Below are positions 13,601 through 24,812 of a stretch of DNA of 64,000 nucleotides, piece by piece. The stretch comes from Tubiluchus corallicola (taxonomy: Eukaryota; Animalia; Priapulida). Position 1 is the stretch's first letter, and every line of letters begins with the position of its first letter. A program made the translations under genes and the position numbers. The DNA lies in assembly GCA_030141605.1 (NCBI GenBank), contig JAQGDQ010000614.1, forward strand, positions 62,001 through 126,000. The letters are read 5' to 3'. The notes below the pieces were generated by a model, which made no database searches, had not been told where the DNA came from, and saw only the letters and a program-made list of their open reading frames with translations.

Positions 13601-14025
13601 ACCATATTATTTCAGCACATTTCTGCATTGTTTCTTTTTTGACACTCTTTACCATGATTAGTTGCTGTTTTGCAATTTTAATGAGATTATGCCTTCCTTG
13701 TACATAGTGGTATTTAAAAGCAAGCGAGTTTTAGCATTGTGTCTCAATCCTAAAAAGTAACATTCATTTCAAGTTTCACTGAAACTAAAATGTGCAGTAT
13801 CATGATGTATGTTATTTAGATATTTCTAGTTGGAACGTAACTTCTGCATTCACGTGAGTCTGCATCCATACTAAACTGGTATATTTTGCTTTCAATAAAC
13901 CACGAAACTGGGTAAATATTCAAATTGAAATGATACACACAGTTGTGATTATTTTGTGTTTTTTTCCATAGGAGTAGTTATTGTGTACCACTGCAGTGTT
14001 TGTGTCTGAATTTACTTAAATGTTA

Positions 14026-14031
14026 AATAAA
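14026..14031 (+). promoter_or_regulatory. Candidate distal poly(A) signal of endophilin A
   Basis: AATAAA followed by a T/GT-rich tract (ttttgt...gtggttgtttgtttgttg), at the end of a ~3.4-kb T-rich stretch. Other AATAAA copies at 12199, 12365 and 13894. Confidence 0.4.
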
Positions 14032-14764
14032 TCATTTTGTTTTCCTTAACGTGGTTGTTTGTTTGTTGATTCACCTGTCGTGTACTACCGAAACATTTAA
14101 CTCTCAGACGCCAAATAGTATATAGTATTTTTATTGTAGAACATATAAAATAACAGGTACATAACATATTCCAATAAATGAAATGCAGTTTTTTCTTTTG
14201 TAAATCTATATCTTTAAACTCGAGTTACTTGACTTATATTTGCAGTAGGTGACATAAAAGACACAGGTATAACACTTTTGAGTTTCAGCTCTGATAAAGT
14301 GCATGTAGTACCTAAAAGTGTACTTTGATACTTTCGTTCTAAAAACATAAAATATAAATTCACGGAGAATAAAAGCTTTAGATTTGTTTTATTTGATCTG
14401 ATTTGCGATGGGTAACTTTAATGTTTACGTGCAGGATTGCCTACGTGCCTAAATTCTTGGGAATTTAGCAGTTTTCTATTTTCAATTCTGTCAATTTTTT
14501 CTAAAATTTTTAACTTGTATAGTTAATGAATTAACTTTGATAATATTGCTAAAGGAACTATATTTGAAACACTTGAGGAGTAAATGATTTGTGAGCAGAC
14601 TTTTAGAATGTAGCTTATTAAAACCGGAATAAAAATCGCAAATTCTATAAGGTTGACTACAGAAAAGAAATGACACAAATGTATCTGCCACTATTGTTGC
14701 TAACCACTGCTGAGAAGAAATTATGCCCTTTTAGATTAATCGTTCATATCAGGTTACATACCAC

Positions 14765-14828
14765 GCACACACACACACATATGCATATATATGCAATGAT
14801 ATATATATATAAATATATATATATATAT
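14765..14828 (+). repeat. (CA)n/(TA)n microsatellite
   Basis: Read directly from the sequence. Confidence 0.85.
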
Positions 14829-15206
14829 TCAAGTGAGTAGGACCTAAATGTCACATGGTTTGCACTAATCAGCTTAATCATTGCAAATTAGGTAAACAAG
14901 CGCAATTGTAATACCACAAATCCAGCATATTAAACCCATTGCAAGCAATCTAGTAATTGTTTATCTTATGATGACGTCATTACACAATCGTATGGTCAAT
15001 TTTTATGAGTGACGTCACCACTCATCAAATTAATGTAATGAAGCGGTAAGAAGCTGTGGATTACTGATCTCTATAACTGTGACATTGTTGTCCTTCTGTT
15101 TATCTTTCTCGCGCACTGAACGGTAACCCTTCTGTTTAATTTTTCTTGTTAGCTCCTCGAAGAAGTGACCTTCACTGAAAACTGTAAAGAAACAAGGTCC
15201 AGTAAG

Positions 15207-15289
15207 TTACAAGTGACGATTATGACAAACTAAACACTTCTTATTGAATACAGATGAAAGGTAATCATCGAATTTATTTTCTTCTAAAC
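15207..15289 (-). CDS. SH2 adaptor probable last exon: GLEENKFDDYLSSVFNKKCLVCHNRHL*
   Basis: Strong polypyrimidine acceptor (tttcccacttctag|), phase 1, TAA at 15209-15207. Confidence 0.62.
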
Positions 15290-15442
15290 CTAGAAGTGGG
15301 AAATTCAAAAAAAGAAATCAACGCCATTCATTGTCGTTGTCGTTGTCATTGCCGCCGTTGTCATCAACATCATCATCATCGTTGTCTTCCAGCAGTAATA
15401 CTGCGGCAGCTATGAGGCCAGCTATCATCATTATAAGGGTTA

Positions 15443-18400
15443 GTTCAAACATATTTTATTATAGGACTGGATCAGACAGTTTGAACAACATGATTTAGGT
15501 TCCTCACCACAACAGACTATATATACTACTTACAAAAACATTTTACAGCAAGAATAGACTATAACTACACACGCTGACAAGTTTTACTACAAGATTACAT
15601 TAGATATTAGTAACAAATGACAGTTAAGAAATAATACTGTACGAATATTTAAGACTGACGCATTTCATATCAGATAGAAACTACTGGCAGCGCTTAGTAC
15701 GAAATATAAAGTCATGTATAGATTGGAATATTTTACAGTTAATAACATAATTAAATTAATCTTTTCCGAACAATAACAACTTCAATAGATCGCTAATTCC
15801 TAGGACAGCTATATTAAGGTTTTCAGGCAGAGGTATTTCATTTTTATTTATCAAACATAACCCTAGTTTGTTGATACAATGGGCAGTGCAACAAAAAGTG
15901 TTCAACAGACTCAAATCGAAATCCACAGTTGCAATTCGGCAATACTGGATGACCGTTATTATTTTTACAGCCTTTAGAGAAAAGGTCATAGTTTAGCTGA
16001 GAAAATCCGATTCTCATGCGCGTATGATGCACAGAAATTGAGGTTTACCAAGTGAAAAATGCTTCTCACGCAGTGAAAAACTTAAATGAGTTTTGAGCTC
16101 TTGTTTGAAATGTGAAATGGATGTAATTTCACGAATGTTCTGTGGTAAGTTGTTCCGCATGTTAATTGTCGATATGTAAAAGAATTTTTCATAACTGACA
16201 TAACGGCAGTTAAAATTTCCGTATTTATTACCACTGCGTATATAATAGGGGGTAACTTCGTTTACCTTTGGCGGTAGAATTACACTTAAATAGTGTGGCG
16301 CTAAGTCATTGATTATTTTGAAAAAAAAGACATAGGCGACGATAATGAAAGCGCGTCACTAATTTAGTGAGGCCGCTGTCAGACAAGATACTTAGCGTCA
16401 GAACAAATTCTAGCAGGAGATTGCTGAATATTTTCTAATAAACGTACACTGTTTCACTACATCCTGACCATACTACGTTGCCATTATCAATAGCAGGTAG
16501 AATAGTCGTAATGAATAATCGTTCCCGCGTAGTTCTGGGCATATTAACTGACATACGTCGAAAGTTTTTTAGCTTTAAATTTACTTTGTCTACAATTTTT
16601 GAGACGTGATAGTTCCAGTTCAGATCAGATGTAAGATGGATACCTAAGTGTTTGTGAACATTTACTGTTTTCAGTGGAGTATTAGATAAATACAGAGTAG
16701 GATATTGAGGAACATTGGATTTACGGGGGAAAATCATGACTTCGGTCTCATTTGGATTAAATTTAACCAACCAACGTTTGGCCCAGTTTTCAGTTATTCT
16801 GAGATCTGCTTTTAAGCAATTTGCTGATGTATGTGGATCATCCTTAAACGAATCTATTAAAACCGTATCGTCTGCAAAAAGGTGAATATCAGATTGAATG
16901 TCTTCTGTAATATCGTTAGCATACACTAAAAATAAAAGGGGACCTAAGATAGAACCTTGGGGGACATCAGATAAAAGTGACTTCACATGAGATGTATTAC
17001 TATTTAGCGTTACTCTTTGTGATCGGTTTCGTAGGTACGATGATAGCCAAGACAGAAGTTGGCCGCTTACTCCATACTGCTTTAATTTGAATATCAAGCC
17101 TACATGCCACACCTTATCAAAAGCTTTACTGATGTCCAGAAAAACGTTAAAGCACCGTCGTCTAAACTTGTATACAAATTGTGAACGATTGAAACTAGCT
17201 GGTTGATGGTGCTGTCGTTTGATTTAAACCCCGAGTTCTTTTCCGTCAAAAAGTTATTATCAATAGCGAAGTAATTATACAGCTGATTAAAGACAACGCG
17301 TTCTAGAATCTTAGACAAACATGAAAGTCGCGCCATTAAAGTCTCTATAATCGACGTCTAACATAATGTCATTCATTTTCGTTGACTGCCCAATCAGCGT
17401 GCGAGTTATTTCACACACATGCAGAGCTTAATTAACCCGTACTTCCGGAACATTTAGCTAAAGCTCCGCCTAACACTGTGCGAAAAATGCTCAACTTTTC
17501 ATTAGTTAGCGGGAGAAATATTGGCCTGGTTCTAGATTTCATTATTGTCAATTGAAATTGCAAGTGAATTAATGGAAATATATAGTCTAGTTTCGTTTAT
17601 AGCAAGAAATGCGCAACGCTTACGTCTATGAGTTGCTGATTAAACCATTTTCAGTCAAGAAAATACGCAGTTTAGTTTAGTTTATGGCTTTGTAAGTTAG
17701 ATAAAAACAACTATTTGATTAACTTTAAATAAGGACAAAACAAAATATCTTTTTTTCTGGCCAGTTTTTGTAAACCTCAATGAGATCTTCACAGTCAAAA
17801 CCTAAATTATACAATCAGGAACATCAATGTAGCATTAGCTATTTTACGCTATTTTTCTGGTTATAATCATGGTTAAAAGATGCCATTTGGGGCTTATGTA
17901 ATTCGGGCATTCAATATAAGTGTCGTCTATGGAATGGAACAATCAAATTTATTCCATTTCCTTAGCCTAACAAACGGAAAAATACAAAAACTGACTAAAT
18001 CTTGCAGACGAGCACATGATCAGTTAATATAGAAAAAATACATCACAGGCATGAATGATGTTCGTATGTTCAAAGCAAGAGAGACTTAATATTTTTGCTG
18101 CCCATTTATTGTAAAGCAAGGCTAACTGGTTTAGTTTCTTTTTTATAATTATGTCTCTATATTTTGTAGTGCTTTGAAACTTCGTCTCTACATTCTGTTT
18201 AAATTGGAAAGTCATTTTTTGGCTACTTGAAATGTTAATTTAGTTTAAAAATAGCTGCTGCTCTCCAAATTTATATTTATGAAAAAATGCAATCAGTTTA
18301 TCTGCTGATTAGACATTAGTTGTGACTGTCACGCTGTTTAGTTTAGTTTAGTTGAGACAGTTGTTGTTCTGCGTGAGCTGTTGTCCCGAAAGCCGCTGAG

Positions 18401-19687
18401 CGTACTTACGTTACAGGGAAGGCGGAGCGATAGACCAATATGTTTGACGTCAATTCGAAACAAGCTCGCTATCTCCGCCTTTGTGTACGGGGCAGATATT
18501 TGCAACTTTCTACAAGGTAGGAAAATGACCTGACTGTAATGAGAAGTTAAACAATCGGGTTAATGGGCTTGATAATGAATCTGCACAAAGCTTGAATACT
18601 TTTTTCTTATTCCATTGGGCCCAACAGATTTGCTCGTATTAACGTTACTTAATAGTGTTTTCACTAAATCTTCGTGTACAGTAATGTGAGACGTGTATGT
18701 ATCAGTTTTCGATACGAATCTGGGTAATGAAGCATATGAAGTGTTCAAGCGGCACTGCTGGGCAAAGTAATTGTTAAATGCATTGCACTTGGAAATAACA
18801 TCACTTATGACAGCACCAGCTTCATCTATAATGAGAGGAATAAAATAGTCACAGGTATTTTTGTAAAAACTTTTGGTGATTTCGCACCAGACTTTAGAGC
18901 ATGTTTCAGGATTCAATAGCTTCTCGTTCAGTTTGTCTGAATAGTCGCGTTTGGCTTTTTTAACAGCATTATTGTACTTATTTCTAATTGTAGTGTAGAA
19001 CTGCCACGAAGCGTTCGTCCGTGGGCCTTTTCTTTTTGTACACGAACGTGACTATTCATCCAAAGCTTATGGCGTGGGCGTATTGTTACAATTTGATTAG
19101 GCACACAAGAATCAACCATTTTCACTAGATTGTCAACAAATAATTGAAAAACAACATCAACAGATTCGTTTGAAAACACAGCCTCCCAATTTGCAGCAGA
19201 GATTTGTTGATTTAATGTTGGCCAATCTGCTAAATTATAATTACATACCTTTCTTTTGAAAGCATGACGTACTGGAATTTTGACACAAATTTTCCCATAA
19301 ATGGGGTTATGATCGTATGTAAAGATTTGTGGAAGCACACCATAATTAGTAAATAATTTAGGTGAGTCTGTGATACTCAAATCCAGTACAGACTTTGACG
19401 TACTAGTTACTCGAGTGGGATCGGTAATTAACTGGAACAATTGATTTTGTACAACGAAATTATTTAACTTAGGCGCCATTAGATTTTCCTTTAGCTCTCC
19501 CTGGTCCCAGGCTTTACATTTGGCGTTAAAGTCGCCAACAAATATAATGCTATACGGGTGCTTGGGTTGAGAAGTTAGTAGGTTATTATAAGATTCATCT
19601 AGTGCTGCAGTAAATTGGTTTTCACCTGCTGCATCCTGGAATGGGGACCTATAAAAATTGCACATATAGTGTGTGTTAACCTTTAAA
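15443..19687 (-). mobile_element. 5'-truncated, decayed CR1-group LINE (APE + RT + CCHC) with a 10-bp TSD
   Basis: APE motifs IIFVGDFNA, PTRVT..VLDL, YDHNPI. RT motifs VPQGSILGPLLF, LFADD, HKHLGI. C-terminal CNC..ESVEHFLLHC; stop at 15683-15681. 3' tail AATAAAATATGTTTGAAC. ATAAGGGTTA at both 15433-15442 and 19688-19697. Several stops and frameshifts. Confidence 0.93.
17353..18451. mobile_element. 1.1-kb non-autonomous TIR DNA transposon nested in the LINE ORF
   Basis: 13-bp TIR GACGTC(T/A)AACATA at 17353-17365 and 18439-18451, flanked by AATC and AATT. It splits the LINE S-N-Y-R...LSCLSKILE motif. No transposase ORF. Confidence 0.75.
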
Positions 19688-19808
19688 ATAAGGGTTATAA
19701 TCGCATAACTAAAATACGTGTTAACCATGTGTAAATCAGCCCCTATTCAGATTTCGATAGAATAGGTCGCTGTAGCTTGCGCTTTGAGAATTCATATATC
19801 TAACTTAC

Positions 19809-19958
19809 CGCTTCCTTTACTGCTGTTTTTCGAGCTTGAATTCTTGTTGTTCATCATTCCACTGGCTGATTTTTTGTTCTTCGTGGAGTTTGGTTTAAAG
19901 TCTTCTTGTAGCGCCTCCACTGCTGCTTGTACCGTGATTTCAGCTTGATTATTCACAG
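19809..19958 (-). CDS. SH2 adaptor tail exon: AVNNQAEITVQAAVEALQEDFK...SKGS
   Basis: tattag| acceptor, G|gtaagt donor, 150 bp, phase 1-1. Confidence 0.75.
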
Positions 19959-20064
19959 CTAATAATAAATGACAATGAAAAACGATGATAATTTGGAACG
20001 ATCTTCGGGTATATACTACCTGGTTTAGGTTCAACCCCCCTCTCTTTTTTCTCTCTTTCTCTCG

Positions 20065-20091
20065 CTATCTATCTGTCTGTCTGTCTGTCTA

Positions 20092-20129
<38 letters not shown>

Positions 20130-20302
20130 CGTCCGTCCGTCCGTCCGTCCGTCCGTCCGTCCGTCCGTCCGTCCGTCCGTCCGTCCGTCCGTCCGTCCGT
20201 CCGTCCGTCCGTCCGTCCATCCATCCATCCATCCATCCATCCATCCATCCATCCATCCATCCATCCATCCATCCATCCATCCATCTATCTATCTATCTAT
20301 CT
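20065..20302 (+). repeat. Compound tetranucleotide microsatellite (TCTA)(TCTG)n(TCCG)n(TCCA)n(TCTA)n
   Basis: Read directly from the sequence. Confidence 0.97.
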
Positions 20303-20460
20303 TTTTCCCGTGCCCCTCTCTCTCAGTCTCCCCTCCTGCCTCTATTTACCCCTCTTTCTCCCTCCTTTTTCTATCTCTTTTTCTGTCGCTCTCACACACG
20401 CTCTCTTTCCCTTCCTCTTTCTTTTCATCTTTTCTCTCTCGCCCCCTTTCTTTTTTTCTC

Positions 20461-20661
<201 letters not shown>

Positions 20662-20671
20662 CAATACATAC

Positions 20672-21058
20672 CTTCAGCGTGGGTACTTGCTTCAGAGGGA
20701 CAATACTCTTCTGCCTCGTCGGCTTCCTGTCTCGTTGTCTTACTACAATTTTTTGTCTTTAGAATTGATTTTACCGGCCGAGAATTACCATTCCCAAGGG
20801 GTGATTGTTGCTTGCATGTGGGTGAGTGCTGCTTCTTTCTTGACGGAGAGTGTTTTCTTCCCAAAGGAGAGTGCTGTTCTTTTCCAGTGGGAGAGTATTG
20901 ATGGTTTCCTGGAGGGGAATGTTGTTTCTTCCCGGTAGGTGAATTATGATTCGTACAGATGACGTCTGTGTAAGCTGAATTCGGTTTGGGTGGTCTTGGA
21001 GGGGGTTCTGGAGGCGATGGAGGAGTCTGAAGAGCAGATTCCTGTTTTAGTAGCAACT
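20672..21058 (-). CDS. SH2 adaptor tail exon with [14 protein letters not shown] and HSP repeats
   Basis: attgcag| acceptor, G|gtatgt donor, 387 bp, phase 1-1. Confidence 0.8.
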
Positions 21059-21235
21059 CTGCAATATTAACAAATAACACTATAATGAGAAAGTGTTTAT
21101 GTCCTGCTAATGATAATCATCAGATGTAATGTAAAATGTGATACCATACATGCGAGGCAAGCCAATTATGAGTACTCTACGGAAACACTATACCAATTTT
21201 CCAAAAGGTTTTTCCTGTTTTTTTTTCTTTAATAG

Positions 21236-21452
21236 ATAGATCGCAAGCGGCGTTTAGCCCCGCCCACCTTGATCACGTAACACACATTCTCACAAACACT
21301 CACTTCCTGCAAGTCGCTACAGTATATAAACAAGCGTGAAAAACACAGAGAATGGTTCAATTTTAAGTGATTTGTCAGCGTTCTATGTATTGCATAAATT
21401 ATACACAATTTTAAGATATATTAAACGGCCCGCTCTAGGTACCATCATAGTC
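21236..21452 (+). repeat. Dispersed ~220-bp repeat, copy 2 (adaptor intron)
   Basis: Same head sequence as the copy at 7416; both end near a GGTACC motif. Confidence 0.75.
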
Positions 21453-23869
21453 TACGTGTGTAGAATTACGCCTCTCAACTGCTAGGAAATTCATGACATA
21501 ATATAATTATGTAACTGGTTGACAATCAAAGTGATGGTGACTGGTGACTGATGGTAATCTATAAGTGTTCATGATCAACCATAGTACAGTCATTGTGTGT
21601 CGTGGTGTACTCTCCCATGAGCACACAACACCGTGAATTGATGAAAGTGGTTTGTTGTGTGGAAACCTTGCTGGATTATCTATCGGCTCATTCCCCGCGA
21701 GTGTACAACATCGTGGCTTATCACGGCTGGTCACTTAAATGTGGGTGGGTGGCATAAGTGACGCATCATCGTCTAGTAAGCATATATTTCGTCTTCTGTT
21801 ATAACATCTTGGGGAGGGGGAGATTGATGGTGGCTTGTCATTCGGACTCATTCCGTTTGAATCTTGGCATATAGGGCAATGCACAGAAGACAGGGGAGTA
21901 AGAATGCGCGGTGCGCCTTCTTGGTGATCCAAACAAGCTGGTGAATGTACCAGAGACAACATATTAAATGCACAGTAACCTAGTAACATACCATATGCTG
22001 AGTTCTGTTAAAATATTTGGGGTCCACTATGTCATACATAGTGTCATGTGCAATAAGAGTAATGGCTAGTAGCTCACTCACACCAATGTGATTCGTGTTT
22101 TTATTGCACTTTTTGTAATTTTTATGACACTTTTACATGCTCTAAATTAAAGAATAAAAACATTGGCACAAAAATTGGCACTGTTTAATATTTAAACTAC
22201 TCGCAGTGCTAGTAAAAATTAATTCCATTCTACTACTCCTTATTTTTTAATCCCCCTTGTTTATGTCAGAAATGTTCGACAGCTTTCTTTTGAAAATACA
22301 GAGTGTTTCAGAAACCCCTCATCATTTTTAAATGGCATTTACCAGAGAAACGAAATGACATTTGGTTACTTAGTCTACATTTCTTGTTAATTTTGGTGGC
22401 ATCAAACTTGACCTCATAAGTTAACTGTAGCGATTTTGAACCTATACACCTCACTCTTTTTTATATAACAACCATGCCGCAGTTTTATATCACGGCAGCA
22501 AAAAACGTCACTAAAAGTCATATATAAATTCATTTTTTTTTAAATACTGTGTAAGAATTTACCACAAGATGAAAGCTATTGGTCGATTACCTGTAATGAA
22601 AATTGAAAATCAAATTAGTAAGTGACTTTTGAAACACCTGGCGTACATCAAAAATTATAGCAATGCAGCACGCTTTACAATGGATCAGCAGCGGCTGCAC
22701 TTTATAATACTCATTTTGTTTTTCACGACAGCCACGAGAGAAGCTAAACGTGCGCAGCAATCGCATATCATAGGCAAGCTTGTGAGGCATCTCATACAAA
22801 TAACGGCGTAGGCCTACACATGTTGTGTAATCTGCGTTACTCAGATATCACCTGTGCCATAGTGATTCTGTGGTCAAGAGACGTAAGCTTGGGACACACC
22901 TGAGCTTTCGTGACTCACAAGATGTTTCACTTGCCATCAGTTTTGGCATTTTCGCCTCTGACGGGGCTGTGTAAAAGCGCACGCAATTACACATTTTTCC
23001 TTCAGTTCATTTAGCTAGCTGGAGGTCTTAAAGGATTTATTGATTAATCCAAGTACCCCTTGCTGCGTTATAAAATTTATAGGAGTTTAAATGATTTACG
23101 GTTACAATGTTGTTTGCCACAACCGGGGTCATCGGCATTTAATTTCAGTGTTTCACATTCACTGACAGATAATCATACAACTTTAAGACAGCTTTCTTTA
23201 CGACATGCTTAAACTTCTAATGATAGGTAGATTACCGATTATTTAAAGTCAGCATTCTCGTAAATTTCATTATGATCGGAATCTTTATGATCAGTTTCGT
23301 TGACTTTTGATTGAGTTATGGTTGACCAGGTTTTGTGTGTTAATAGTATTGTAGGTGTTCACTAATGTATAATTTGGTTCACTCACCTGTCTAAGTCTGC
23401 GTTACATAATAAGAAACGATCATTGTACGCATTATCATTCACGTTTGTTGAAGGGACAGTCAATTAAAACAACATTAAATTTATTAGCTTTATTCAAATA
23501 ATTTTATTCATTCTTACAAATCCACCTTCTTGAGTGAAGCTGATGGTACCTGCTGATGTCTCACATTTAAATTGAAGATGATTGTATTATGCTATTATTT
23601 ACTTATTACTTTTACTTTTATTATTAGTTAATAGCTATTGATGTCTTACTTAGCATCATAATGTTCAAGATACTGTAATTAAATACAAATTTGACTTTTT
23701 AAAGCGTCATGTTGCAAGTATCAAATATAAATGTATGAATAAATTTAATCAGCGTTTTGTTTTGATTGTTAAAATGATGAACATAGTCAGACATGAATAT
23801 AATTAATAGTTCGAATACAAACTATTGGTTATAAATTTAGCAAGTGAATTGATAATTTTGTTTTCTTAC

Positions 23870-24040
23870 CGACGCCATCATTCATATAAAGAGGTTCGTC
23901 CGGCTCCGGATCAACAGGAGATGGAGAAGGGGGCGGAGAATAATGAGACCGACCTTGTGCCTTGCCTTTTGACGAAGTTGAACTACTGCTGGAGCCATGT
24001 TGTTGAATATCCATCTCATAATCAGCATCTGGCTCATTAC
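23870..24040 (-). CDS. SH2 adaptor tail exon: GNEPDADYEMDIQQ...PPPSPSPVDPEPDEPLYMNDGV
   Basis: ttacag| acceptor, G|gtaaga donor, 171 bp, phase 1-1. Confidence 0.82.
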
Positions 24041-24059
24041 CTGTAATTGTGCAAGTGTT

Positions 24060-24530
24060 TGGTTAACTAACTGGTAGGCAGGTAAATAGATTGTAATTAA
24101 TTGATTGCTTTCTAATTTTGTTTATTTGTTTGTTTGTTGGTTGGTTGGTTGGTAAGTTGGTCGGTCGGTCAACTGCCTGGTTTGTTGGTTGGTTGATTAG
24201 CTGAACAGTTAGCCCTCAATTGGCCTGTGTATCAGTTAGCTGTTAGTTTGTCGATTGACTGGTTTGACTGGCTGACCTGATAGTTGGTTAAATTTGCTAG
24301 TTAAATGACTAACTAGATGGCTGACTGACTGTTTTCTTGGCTAGGTGGTTATTATTTCGTTGGCCGGTTGATTTGTTGATTGGTTGTTACCTGGTTGATT
24401 AGTTAAATGATTAGTTCAGTAGGTAGTTATCATAATGCTGATTAATAGGTAGTTAGCTCATGGTATGACTAACTCGATTGATTTACTAAACTACTTGAAA
24501 AACGTTAGTTGTATAACTAATTCGTTGATT
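24060..24530 (+). repeat. Highly degenerate tetranucleotide array (TTGG/TTAG/CTGA-like)
   Basis: Period-4 pattern persists over ~470 bp. Confidence 0.7.
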
Positions 24531-24740
24531 AATTAAAATAAAATTATCAATGTGGTTCGTTCAGCCGACCAGATTAACTAAACAGAATCGTTTCATGCTA
24601 CTAATCTCACACAAACAACAGTAGACGTACTATTTTTGAACGTCAGTGATTTAAAATCATTTTAAAATAGAGGAAAAATGTTTACAGAAGTAACAGAAAC
24701 CATATTTTCCTATCAGTAAACGGTTTAACTATGAACCAAC

Positions 24741-24812
24741 CTCTTATCAATTCGTAGTCTTTGTCTTGCTGCTGATTCCCAACTCCATTAGGTATCACAA
24801 TACTAGTCGTCA
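24741..24812 (-). CDS. SH2 adaptor tail exon: MTTSIVIPNGVGNQQQDKDYELIR
   Basis: ttctag| acceptor, G|gttggt donor, 72 bp, phase 1-1. Confidence 0.72.

Noticed and set aside
21507-21734. In-frame continuation past the TAA at 21735 (stop-codon readthrough)
   Set aside because: TAA-G is a poor readthrough context and the extension has no recognisable features
23387-23549. Possible minus-strand micro-exons (10 bp with a strong gtgagt donor; 32 bp)
   Set aside because: They do not fit the phase-1 context without a stop or frameshift
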